Assembly (NCBI GenBank): GCA_904063045.1
Contig: CAJFCJ010000011.1
Location: 1,116,001 to 1,180,000 of the forward strand
Length of the DNA: 64,000 nt
DNA from: Dimorphilus gyrociliatus
Lineage: Eukaryota; Animalia; Annelida
Direction of reading: 5' to 3'
Shown here: one piece after another, positions 51,901-64,000 of the stretch
Layout: the number at the start of each line of letters is the position of its first letter
Numbering within the stretch: the first letter of the stretch is position 1
Notes under the pieces: model-generated
What the model saw: only the letters and a program-made list of their open reading frames with translations
Told to the model about the DNA's origin: nothing
Databases searched by the model: none
Translations under genes and position numbers: made by a program

Positions 51901-54900
51901 TTACAAAAGCGTTCCGTTCTCCGGCGCTTCTGTCGAGCGTAAATTGCATAAACAATGTATATCTTTGAGGATTTTTCACGTATTTTCAAATAAAAGGCCA
52001 CTATATAAAATGTAAAGGAAAAAGGGATAGAGTAGAGTTAAAGGAACTCTGTTTCTATATCCGCCCACACCCATCACCACTCTTCCTCCCGAATCATCGC
52101 CTCCAATCTATTTCCTCAATTTATAAATTAGACGACCAAATTTCTTCCATCAAGGTGACGCAATCGGATTTAATGGAGTTCAGGCGTCTAGTTTTTATAC
52201 TGTTTTTTTTCTTATTCTTCTTTTTTCCAGTCTTGTCAATATTCTATATTTTATAATTTTCTTCGAAAACAGATTACGCAATCAAAGCCAGATTACCGTC
52301 TGACGAAGAGGAATTGATGGAAATGTTGTTGGACGGCTATAATCCCTCTGCTCGTCCTGTATTGAATTCATCTCACACTGTTACGGTTCAAGTTCGATTC
52401 TCACTGCTTCAAATTCAGGACTTAAATTTACGTAATCAAGTGTTAACGACAACGGGTCTTTTAATCTTAGATTGGGTAGATGAGCGTCTTCGTTGGGATG
52501 AGGATCAAATTGCTTTAAAGGACATTGTAATAGAAGCGAGGAAGTTATGGCGTCCCGAGTTCGCTTCAATAAACGGAGCTGACGGAATCTACGGTGATTA
52601 CGGTCAATTTCGTGCACTTGTCAAATCAAATGGCTCAGTCCATTGGGAACCTGGAGGTGTTTTCAAGACAGTTTGTGAGATTGATATAACTTATTATCCA
52701 TTCGATGAACAAAACTGTGAGCTAAAATTTGGAGCTTGGTCCTATCATACGACAAAAATGAACTTAACTAGCACTGGTGATGAAGTAAATAAGGATTCTT
52801 ATGAACAGAACGGAGAATGGGAGATTTCGTCTACGAGTAAGTCTTGATTTGTTCTCCTCTTAATATTAATGCTGTGCGGCTAAAGATAGTCTGCGATAGA
52901 TAGATAGATAGATAGATAGATATATTATATTTAGAGCAAACAAGGAAAAGACATAGGCTAATATTACATTATTTGTGAGTCTGCCTTTCTGGCTGACCCT
53001 TACATACAACACTTCTGTACAGAGGATAGGGGAATCTATTGATCATGGTCAGTGAATGTAATAGAACCTTTGTGCTTGTTTGCCACCTAAAAACAAATTA
53101 TTTTGTAATCACTAATATTTTCTCAGTCACTCTAAGTGACACATGATTTTCTTTTACTATTATTCCTTTGTCCCTGAATTTAATTTCAAATGCTAAGCAT
53201 TACCAACTAGAGTAAGCTCTTAAACAAATATAGCTTCCTCCTCCTTAATTAAGCACTATCAATTTAATTAATCAGCCCGTTACTTGAATCTTCTTAAAAC
53301 ATATTACGATGAGTTAAAAAAAATTATTTCTCTTTATAAAGTCTTTCTTCTCTTCTTTCTCTTCTTAATTTGCTTTAATTACTTTCCTACCTATATTCTG
53401 AGCTGGATGACTTTTTGATTAACGGATTTGCCATTTCTAAAAACCTTCTGCAAAGAATTTCTCTTTCAATAATTTCCAAGCCTCTCTTGCTTGTTCGCTT
53501 TCTCACCCACACTCGCTCAATTTACAAATCTTTTTTCTCTCCCTGCTTCTTTCTTCAACGCTATCTTTCTTTTTTTTTCTAATGTTTTTACTATTCCTCT
53601 TACCTTTACACCTCTTAGCCCTTTTCGATAATTGATGAAATCCACAAAAAGCTATTAATTTTGGTTATAGATTGATGAAGATTTGGGTTAATAGAGTTTT
53701 ATCCCAGGCTAAGAAACCCATCATCTATTCCCAATATAATTTTTTTTTAAAAGCATTTACTCCGAATAAACAAGAAAGGGTGATATCAAACGTATAGACA
53801 ATTTAACAACAGAGAAGTAACTATTGTTTATATTCCTTTCGAATCCACTTAAAAAGTAATTTTTATTCATTTGTCCCTTTTTTTATGCTAAAAAAAAGAT
53901 TCTTATAAAAGCGATAATGATTCGGATAGGAGCTATTTTCTTTTTACTGAAATCAGCTCTTTTATTCATTTAAGGGACAGCGAAACTAATAAATAATAGA
54001 TTGGTAACTTTTGCAAAGGCAACAAACCATAAAAGACTAGGAGACAAACATTTCCACATACTTCATTTTCAAGTTTCTTTCAATTATTTTCCTTTCTGGT
54101 GTGGTTCATCAAGACCATACTAATTTTCATATATATGGAAATGAATGAGTGTAAGCCTAAGAATCGCGTGTTCTCGCTTTATAAAGAGTGATAATCGATA
54201 TATATATATTATCAGTTTATAAATAAAAGAGATATTTTCTTGCTTTGATATCTTGTTCTCCTTAGACAAACTGTAAATTCATCTTCATAAAGGGATCGTC
54301 AACTGTCAATTTACTTTTGTTTTTACACTATAACCTCGTGTTTGTAGATTAAAGTTCTTTTTTCTTAAAAAGTATAAGATATCCTAAAAGACAAACAAAT
54401 TCTCGATGACGTAGTTTTTTCAATGCACTTTATATGTTTAATTTTAATTAAGTAATTAAGTGTATCGGAAAGTTTTGATGTAGACACGTGTTTTTACATA
54501 TTACAGGAAAGACTTACAGCTTAGGAACATTATCACTTTTAGTATACTTATATTGCAGCCAAATACATGTATATACTATATATATATGTAAATGCTGCAT
54601 ATTTTATTGTAATACATGTTTTAGTAATTTTTTCTTTTAATCTTTATCCCCACTGTTTCTGGCTGCCTGAATTACTTACTCCTACAGTCAACCCGACGTA
54701 AGACGTAAGTCTTTTTCTCGCGTAGGCCTAATAATTTATTGCTCTCAGCTTTGACGTAATTGCTGTAGCTCTGTCAATAGTTTTGTCAGTATTCTTTATA
54801 TTGGTTTTTGCGAACTTATCTACTGCTAATTTTTAGATATAAAGACTTTTATTTCAGTTTAAAGATGAGAGGTACCAAAACTCTTTCATTATTTGCTCAT

Positions 54901-56831
54901 ACTACAGTTTATCACTTTTTTTGTTCCATTTCCCTTAGACTTTATCCCTTTCGTCATAGCTTAACCAATCTAATCTTTATCTTTCTTTTATTGTTCCTAT
55001 TCTATTTGTCATTCTTCTTCGATTCAAGTAATTTTTTCCTTCTTAATCTGGATCAAAAAAAAAGAAAAACACTAAGATTCGCCCTTTACTTAGACCGTAC
55101 TATTCTTTCTTCGCATAGATTTTTTTTCTTTGCAGTAATACAAAAAAAAACTCATTTACAATTATATCCCCCCCCCCTTTTCGGCAAGCAAGTATCTGGA
55201 TATAATAGGCCTAGCTTGAAAGCAAAGAAATTATTGAAAGGTTTAGCGTTACAGTGTCAAAATGTTCGTAGGTAATGAAATTTTAAAAACTCATCAGATC
55301 GAACTGGTTATTTTAGAAGACAAGAATAAGAAAAGACAGGTGGCGCTGTTGAGATTTTACTTTTTTTTTAGTGTAAAATATTTATTTTTTACGTTCCTCT
55401 CTTCCCGGTTTGACTGGCGGTGAGAGGCTAAAGGGGGCGAAGGGGCACGTTCGATGTGCAGCTTAGTTCTCCCTCTATTTTCTCCCTCTTTCCAATCCAA
55501 GTCAAATTCTCAATGGGGGCGGCTATGGACTGCTGAATCTTCGATGGGTAGGATACGCCAGACTAATTAATCGATTACGTTTATTTAACTTGACTATAAA
55601 CTTTATAACTATTAGGGCATTACTAAACACTTCTTTAACGAGGTTAATTAGGTGAAAGATAAATAGGGAAAGTATCGTGTTAATGCCTCTGTAAAATAGT
55701 TGACGAAGAGAAAAAAAAGAGGGAAAATAGTGCAAGGAAATGAACATGTGCAGAAATAAAAGTGATGGTTTTTTTATTTAGAAAAAAAGATATACAGACT
55801 TTAGTATATATAAGAGTTATATTTGTGTAGGTAACATTCTCAAGAATAGGTAAGAGTAGTCGAATAGGAAGAGATAGTGTAGAAGAATAAAGAGAGGGAA
55901 AGAGTAAGAGAAAGCATTTACAAGTGACTGAGAGAGCAGAGGAGATTGAGGGAAGGGAAAAAAACACAGTTGATTGATTTTTTTATCTGTCTTCCTTTCC
56001 TTGTTCTTCAAATGTCTAAAGCTGAATGTTTTCTTTTTTTTTGAAAAAACAGAGGCTAGCAGAGGAGAGTTTTACTTCGCTTGTTGTGAGAACGAACGTT
56101 TTAGCAATGTGAACTTTGAACTTCGTCTCAGAAGACGCTATACATTCTACGTCATGAACGTTATTTTGCCGTCTATGATGACATCCGTTCTTCTATTGAG
56201 TATCTTCTTTTGTACGCCAGCTCAAAAGGTTCAAATAGGCGTCGTCGTCCTCCTCTCATTCCGCATCTTTCTTCTAAACGTTACAGATTCAATTCCGAAG
56301 ACTAGCGATCACATTCCGCTACTAGGAATTTATTTAACGTTAACTATGGCCATAACAACGTTATCTATGGTGCTTACTGTCTTTATACTCAACCTGCACC
56401 ACATTACAGACCGTCCTGTACCTACCTGGGCAAAAATCCTTGTCCTCAAATACTTGGCGCGGCTTATGTGCATGTGTTCTTATGAGATATACGCAAAACT
56501 CGATCAGGATCCTCAAATTAGAGACGGGCACAGGATTAGCGAATCTGCCTCATTAGGCAAGGCTATAGGAAAACAATTGAATTTATTGACAAAATTGAAT
56601 GGTTCCTTATCGGGGTCAAAGAACGCCAGAATGAGTAGACGTTTCCTATTACCCGGTAAGAAAACGCAGGAGGATAAAAAGAAAGAGGAAGAATGGACAA
56701 GAGATTGGCGGTTGTTAGCCGAGGTCGTCGATAGACTTTTCTTTTGGATTTTTTTATCGGCCATTGTTATAACCACTCTTTTATTGTTTCATCCATTGAC
56801 AAAGGGTTATTTTTCCATTTATTCTCGTTAG
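48978..56831 (+). CDS. Nicotinic acetylcholine receptor alpha-like (Cys-loop) subunit, atypical, about 467 aa, 3 exons
   Basis: Exons 48978-49038 (signal peptide MISLLFIVLLLHQSLA), 52273-52836, 56053-56831 (phase 1,1; 1404 nt). GYNPSARPV, Cys-loop CEIDITYYPFDEQNC, loop B FGAWSY, vicinal CC in loop C (YFACC, 56082-56087), four TM helices, MA/M4 DWRLLAEVVDRLFFWIF. Confidence 0.92.
52895..52922. repeat. (GATA)n microsatellite
   Basis: 7 GATA units in nAChR intron 2. Confidence 0.9.
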
Positions 56832-57898
56832 CCTACGATTTTTTTTGTCCTAACTTTTTCTATACAGTTTACTTGTATTAAATGTGTATCTCAGTCTGTA
56901 TACTATAATTAAAGAAAAGGGAAATTACTAATTAACCAATTTTGTGTATAAATATGAACATAAATAAAGATACATATACTGTATATATAAATATATATAT
57001 ATATATATATACTTGTATACAGTATTTATATATAAAAAAAATAATTATCAGTAATTAGTTTTTATTAAAGATGAGAGAGTTGTAACGCCTAACTTTGACT
57101 TGAAGATAATAAAAGGACGTTTTCCTCATTAATATTAATTATAAATTTGTTATATCTATTACTTAAATATTTATTTATGGAGTCTTTAACACTGTGTCTC
57201 TATATACAATTGTTTTCTTCTTTTTTATTTATTTTCCTGCAATTTGTAAATCAGTCATCATTTTGTAGAAAATTAGAAGAAATTTTTAATTATTACACTA
57301 AGAAAATTAATATTATTAACGTCCTTTTCTCCTTGATAAATTATAATTTGAAAATGATACACCTTGCTCTTCGAAAATGGAGTAGGGGCGGAAGAGGGAT
57401 TAACGATTGTTAACCAAGGTTATCTTTAAGCTCTATAATGACTAAAGATTTTTATTTCATATTATATCTATTAAATAGGCTTCTCCAAAAAGTCACGATT
57501 CAGCTATGTATGATTTTTAGTATAAAAAGACTTTTACCTGAAACTGATATAGATACGCGTTCTACATAATATAAATTATTAAGGCCTATATACTCGTGAG
57601 AAGATAACCCTATACTGATGAATAACTCTATTCAGATAAAGAAAATATAAATAAGATTAAACAGATTTTTTAAATATTTATTCAAATTTACCCTTTTGAT
57701 TAAGTGTTGTCTCATGTAAAGGATATTACGGATAAGGAACATGTAATTACGAAATAATAGTGATCTATATCCTTTAAATAAATGTAGTTTCTTATAAGAA
57801 ATATGCAAAGTCCTTAAGACTTGGTAAATATGGAGGAATATATACTACATCTATTGAAAGTGCCAGGTTATTTATAAAATTAATATAGTTTCAGTATG

Positions 57899-57900
<2 letters not shown>

Positions 57901-57943
<43 letters not shown>
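57901..57943. repeat. (AT)n microsatellite
   Basis: About 21 AT units just downstream of the Ly6 stop codon. Other AT tracts occur near 28508-28534, 48748-48840 and 62152-62178. Confidence 0.95.
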
Positions 57944-57945
<2 letters not shown>

Positions 57946-57981
57946 ACATAATTAATAGAAGCTTTATAAATGGTTTTGTAA

Positions 57982-58603
57982 TTATTTGAATCTGAAAATC
58001 AGAGAAATTAGTAAGGGTACGAGCAGCCATATCGACCAATTGACGACTGGTGCAGTATTACAAAGTGGTTGAATACATTCGCAGTTAATCAATTTAGCAC
58101 CACCACTTGCTTTATAATATTCACAATAAGACCTGAGCTGTCGAACATCAGCACAGCCTCGTGTTACATGTGTATCTGGATTGAAACAAAAGTATCTTAT
58201 AATAATCAAAATATTACTCTTTAAGTGATTTTAAGTAGTAGTAGACTTACAATTTGAATTCTGAAGCTGAGATTTGGTACAGGCATATTTTGCTACACAT
58301 TTGTACGCGTCGTCTGTATTTGATGGAGGTTTGCCTTCTAAACACCAAGAGTCTGTTGTTGAGTTACATTTGAAACAGCTCATCTCTGTTAGGAAAAAAT
58401 ATATATGTAATACATTAAGCGTTATTTTATTTAATACATATACTTTAATATACATGTATCTATATATATATATATATATATATCTCTTTTATTCGTTTTT
58501 TTAAATACTTGTATACTGTATATAAAAGGGCTTATTTGTTTCTCTTACCGGAACTGGCCAAGGCCACTAGAGTGGAAAGAGTGAAGAGGATAACAGCTTT
58601 CAT
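57982..58603 (-). CDS. GPI-anchored Ly6/uPAR three-finger protein (quiver/sleepless-like), about 127 aa
   Basis: Exons 58603-58549, 58385-58251, 58175-57982 (phase 1,1). Signal peptide MKAVILFTLSTLVALASS, 10 cysteines starting CFKC and ending CEC...LCN, hydrophobic GPI-type tail (WSIWLLVPLLISLIFRFK). Confidence 0.85.
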
Positions 58604-61600
58604 AGTCGTCCTTTTTCGTTGCTAATACAGTCAGTTTTTTGCTTGAAAATGTTTGAAATTAAATAAGCGACAGGCGACATATGACTAAGAATGTATATCG
58701 ATTTGATTAGATTAGATATGGGGACCTATGTCTAATACTACCTTTTGCCGATAAGACGATAGAGGGCGCAAAAGTTATTCTTTGTAAACCCTTCTTCTTT
58801 TGCACTTTGGAAAAGTTGAATAAATATAAAGTGGCAATAAAAATTTTTATTATACTTCTATTAACAATAATAACGAATTATTATGGCTGTTGTTATTGTT
58901 ACTTGAAAGTGATGCCTCAAAATTATTCTAGATTCGCTCTGAGCTGGATTTAGGAAAAAAAATTTGCATACTTCACCTAGCACATTTCTCGAGGTTACAG
59001 ATACATACTCTACGTACTATATTCATTATCTCCCTGACTGATTGGAAGCGGATGGAGCGCCAGACGCTTAATAGGGCGATAATAGGAGTTGGCTACAGTA
59101 AAAATTTTCACGAATAAGACAAGTGGAAAAGCTTATTTCGCGCTGAATTATATCGAATCATTAGGAGATCTGAGAAAAGGGTAAAGCTATATTGAGCTGG
59201 AAGGGTACATCGTCTCTCTGCCTAAATTAATTTTACAAATGCCTCTAATTCCGATTTAGTTTATTAGTTCATTTGTTATAATTAGTTTTGCACGGTGTTC
59301 TAAGGAGAAATAAAAGGAAAAAGTCAACAATCAATTGTTATAGTTATTACGTAATAATATTGAATTTTTCAATTGAATCGCCTACTCTTGACACTAAATA
59401 TTAATGAAAAGATATCAAAATAAGAATGGATGGAAAGATGGATAGAGTAGTAGTAGTAATAGTAGAGAATGTCTTTTTTTTTCTTGCCAATTTTCCCTAT
59501 AATATTCCAGTTTTTACTGGACTCTAAGGAATAATATTTATTACGCTTATCCATTTGAACGTGAATAAATCATAAAAAATAAGGAAAAGTACGCTTATGT
59601 ACACATTATTGCTTTTTTCTTATTTTTTCCACTTTTCTTTCTATCCCCGAAAAATACTTTCTCTTTAAAAAAAACAACTGCCTCAAGATACGTATATAAA
59701 ACGTCATATTAAGCCTCTTTTTGCATTATTAATCGAATTTTTCTTTTTTATTCGTGAGCAAGAAAATTTTTTACAATAAATGAAATCAAAAAGAAAATTT
59801 TGCCTTAGGAAGAAAACTACGTGGGGAAAATGCTTAAAGATCGTGAAAGTTATCGTTAGTTGGAAACATATATATGGAATTAGTTCAAGGGAACAGGTAT
59901 TACGTAATCTATAACTTTATTTATCTTTCGATAAAGGTTTTCTTTAGTTACTTCTAATTTACTCTCTATCTTAAAATCTTCACTTACTCTTTTCTTCTTC
60001 TCTTTCTTTTCTTCATTATTGAGTTAGACGTTGCTAATTTTACCACATAAAGTCAATATTTTCCGATTTAACGTCGCAAGTATACATTTAGCCTATCACA
60101 AGTGATGTTTGCCTAAGATGAATTCTAAAAAAGGATCAGATGTATGAACTTTCTTCAGAATATATAAAAGCACAAAACTAGAATAAACCTCTGAAGGAAT
60201 AAATGTTTTTAAATAATTTATTAACTTATAAACGGCGCTTGTAAGGCTACAATGTAACTGTTGCTGTTCTATTTTACGTTCTGCGTCTTTGAAAGGTTTT
60301 CCGGTAATGTCATTAACTATTTATAGAATTACAACGAGTAAAAGAAGAGTTTTAACTATATATTGGTAGGGGAGAGGTAAAAATAAAAATAAGTGAGTAT
60401 TATCATTTTACTTCAACAGGATATTAATAAATTGTCAATGAATTAATTAGTTAGAATACAACAATGAAACTATTAATTGACAATTGACTTTTACATGGCA
60501 TTGTTACTGAATGTATTATATTTATATGTATGTTTACCGAACCAATGAACCATATAGAGTAATGTGACAGAGGTATAGTGACAAGACAAAAAACGCCTAC
60601 GTTTATATTCAGACAATTTTTTTTCTAACAATCACAGTACATTAGTGGTAAAAATAGCTTGGAAATGGAAAGGGCGATATCGCAGTAGGAAGAGTTAAGA
60701 ATCGTGTAAAAGAGACGCTTCAACTCTCTCTATCTATCTATCTATCTATATCTCTCTCCCCTAGTCCCATACTCAAATAGGAAGAGAAAAAAAAAGCCAA
60801 TACGTAAAGTTACTTCAATAGAATTGATTCGACTGGAAAACCGAGTTTAAAATTAGATGAACTTTAAAAAATATATATTTACAATATATGGTTGATATGG
60901 TAACATAAAGGAAACAATATTGAAACTTTATTTATATTTATCAATAGGGAAAAAGTACATTACGTGGAAATTTCGTTACAAGGAACATATGTTAATGAAT
61001 ATTTTTAAATGAATATATATATAGATGACTGCTATTTATGAGTGAGATATTTTTAAATGAAATTATAAGCAGCTATAAAGGAAATAACGTACAATATTAA
61101 AATCATTCATTCTTTTATACTTGTTTTTTCTTAATAAATCAAAATTAATTATAATAAAACTTTCATATACGTCAGAAACAAAACAGAGCATCATAGCATA
61201 AGGTTCAGTAATTTGGTAACAAATGTCTATTAAACAAAATAGAAGGTTAACTTTTATTAAATATGTAATATATAAAATTTCATTTAAAGAAATAATATAC
61301 ATTTTTCTTATTTATCAATAAAATTAATGAATAAAATTTTATTACTGGTTAAAGTTACGTCCATTCTGTTATATGTTTTTTGCAGACGATAACAAGCGCA
61401 AAAAATTATCATGGTGAAGAGAACTATCACTCATTCATGCCAACTAATTAAACAAGTCTTGTGAGATGTCTCAATTTTCTTTTTATTCATAAACATCAAT
61501 TTCTTATCATTTACCTCAGGTAAAAAAGAACTATTAGATTCCTTGTTTACTTAACACTTTGTTACCAATTCAAAGCAATATATACTATAAAAGATAAGAG

Positions 61601-64000
61601 GAATCAGTATAGGTAAACGGATACTTTGGGTAATTGGGGTTATTAATCGAATAAGGGGAAACGTGACTAGTTTAGAAAGGTAATACTCATAAGAAAAATC
61701 CAAACTGATCTAAGTATCTAAGTATTATATTGTTTTAATAAATCTGCTAAGATAAAGACAATTCCAGTAGTTCTTTATCAATTAAAAATTGATACTTGGA
61801 AACAAAAATATTGAGAGTAAGCTATTTTCTAATAGAATTTATACAATATATGTTATAGTACTGTATATTTGCAGTTAATTTATTTAGTATTATGTACATT
61901 TGTTTACTTTTAAAGGAATTTTGCAGAGTAGTTTTTATCTAGGTGAAAAATTACTGTACCTTTTTTAAAAAAAAAACATAATCAAATTTACTAATACAAG
62001 TATTACTTTTAGAATGATTTCTAATCATATAGTATTAACCCTAATCGAAAAAAAAGCTTTGTCTGCAAAGTAGTGTAGGGAGAGCGAGAGAAAGAGAGAT
62101 AGAGAGAGTGAGTGAGAGATAATTCTAGTTCACTACTTCTGCTGTATCGTCTATATATATATATATATATATATATATTAGTATATATATATTCTAATAT
62201 ATTAGCTACAACATTAACTTCATTTTGCAGTTTTATTCAATTTAATCATACACAATAGGTGTTTTGTTCTTTTCTTCATCCATCATAGAACTGTTTCAAT
62301 CATTGAGATACAAAATAAATTATTGTTACACTATCAAGCATACGTGAAAGCAATATGGCGGTTAACTTATACTTCTTTTATCCTTAATACCTTTCGTTTA
62401 ATCTTCCTCTTTCAATTTTAACTTTCTTGCTTCATTTCCTTTCATATTTTGTCCAGCTAGTGTCTCTACTAATATATACAGTATATACAATCTTTATATA
62501 TATATATATATAAATTTCTCCTTGTCCTTTATGTTCAACTTTATTAATAAGAAAATTGATCTAGTAAAATATTCTATTGGAAAAGAGATGTTTATACTAC
62601 GAAAGGTTTACATAGCTAAATTAATTTTTGGTCTTAATATTTAATAGTGTCTAATTTATCTATAACCTTGATTTTAATAATAGAGTATATGTTTAAAAGA
62701 AGTTATTTCGATACTCTGAACGTCATAGGCAATTTTATATAGTTAATGTAAATATCACTCATAAAATAGGGTGAAAAATTGTGTTAAGTATTCCAGAAGG
62801 GAAGGGGGGAGCGGAAAGAGAGAGAGAGAGAGAGAGAGAGTAAGAGAGAGGGAAAAGAGATAAAGAAAGATAGAAACAGAATGAGCTGGTGAGGGAAAGT
62901 GGGAGAAGGAGAAGAAGTTTTATATGTGTATTTCTACGATTGCTAGTATGTATATACGGATAAACGTGAGTGTAATCTCTCAAAAAGAAAGAGTAAAAGA
63001 GAGAGAGTGAGAGAGAGAGAGAGAACAACTAGATAGAAGAAGAGATAAATAAAAAATGGGCAAAATCATCGTTATACAAGCATTTTACACTGAAACTATT
63101 AATATATAAATAATTTATGTAATTAGTAAAATCTACTTTAATTAGAGGAGAAGGTAAATATGTCGTTGACCTTTTTAACATGAATGTTTAAAAATATATT
63201 TTAGTAAATTCGTAGGTTAACTTTGCTAAAGCTGCAATGTAAAAAAACTCTGTCCTATTTATAGCCAAAATATAAAGAATTTCAAACGCCAAGCGATTTG
63301 TAGATTCTCAATATGAACCAACGAAAAAAATTCTAAGCCTACTTTTCCTTTAAAATCCAGGATAGCGTAAAAGTCAAAGATGAGTTGTAAACTTCGGCAT
63401 TTTAGTTGCATTAATTTCAATAAATGCTTAACATATATATATATATACAGTATTAAATAGCTAAAAGGTAAATATCTGTATATTATTTTGTATATTCTTT
63501 TATTTATATTGATATTTATGTTATTTATTAGCGCTTGCCTTTTAGTTTTACCAAGAAATCTTTAGATCTAAATTCGCCGAAAATTTAACATTATGGAATT
63601 GTTTATTATACCCATTGTTCAATTGTCCTATGTTTCGATTGGGGTTTTTATCGCTAAGCTCTTTATGAGCCACAGTTCTCGAAAGACTAAAAATCCGACT
63701 GACTGCTTCATCTGGTCTCTGTTAACCTTTATACGTTCGTTTATACGCTGTATTTTTTTTTTTATATACTGAGCATTTTGTTTTATAACTTGGTTTTTAT
63801 AATCAAAAAGAATAAAGTATTCATAAAACGTAGACGAAATATAGGATAGTAATTTCATCATTTGGTTTATTCTATTTCATTCCTCCTACTCTTTTTTTTC
63901 TCGATTATTTTCTCCTCCTATTTCTCTTCCATCTTTCCTTCTTTCTCTTCTTCTCTTCACTCCCTTACCTATCCTTCTATCCCTACCCATAATCTTTTCT

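Noticed and set aside
63570-63861. Minus-strand ORF or exon-like segment at the right edge
   Set aside because: It may belong to a gene outside the window, but has no recognisable motif and an ambiguous frame.
1-64000. Prokaryotic-type systems (CRISPR arrays, operons, defence islands), tRNA/rRNA genes and intact transposases
   Set aside because: The DNA is clearly intron-containing eukaryotic sequence; I saw no repeat-spacer array, cloverleaf, rRNA signature, transposase or reverse transcriptase ORF.

Overview
AT-rich eukaryotic (animal, invertebrate-like) genomic DNA with many 50-100 nt introns and a few kb-scale ones. The species cannot be determined from the sequence. I assembled these spliced genes by hand and checked splice phase at every junction: an Argos/giant-lens-like secreted Cys-rich protein (+, 899-2868); a KIF13B/Khc-73-type kinesin-3 (-, 4471-24331, about 1730 aa) whose large introns hold a nested mucin-like membrane protein and two further membrane-protein fragments; a ZNF292/RLF/ZNF654-family zinc-finger protein (+, 29301-38700); TIMM21 (-) head-to-head with CHD1L/ALC1 (+), the latter carrying an extra C-terminal BRCT-like domain; a compact aminergic GPCR (-); an atypical nicotinic acetylcholine receptor alpha-like subunit (+); and a GPI-anchored Ly6/quiver-like three-finger protein (-). 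The best candidate for an undescribed system is the 45-58.6 kb trio. Its nAChR-like subunit lacks the -1' Glu, has Arg at M2 12' and has a partly eroded aromatic box. It lies head-to-head with the GPCR and tail-to-tail with the Ly6 protein. No tRNA, rRNA, CRISPR array or intact transposon was recognised. All family assignments come from recalled motifs, not database searches.
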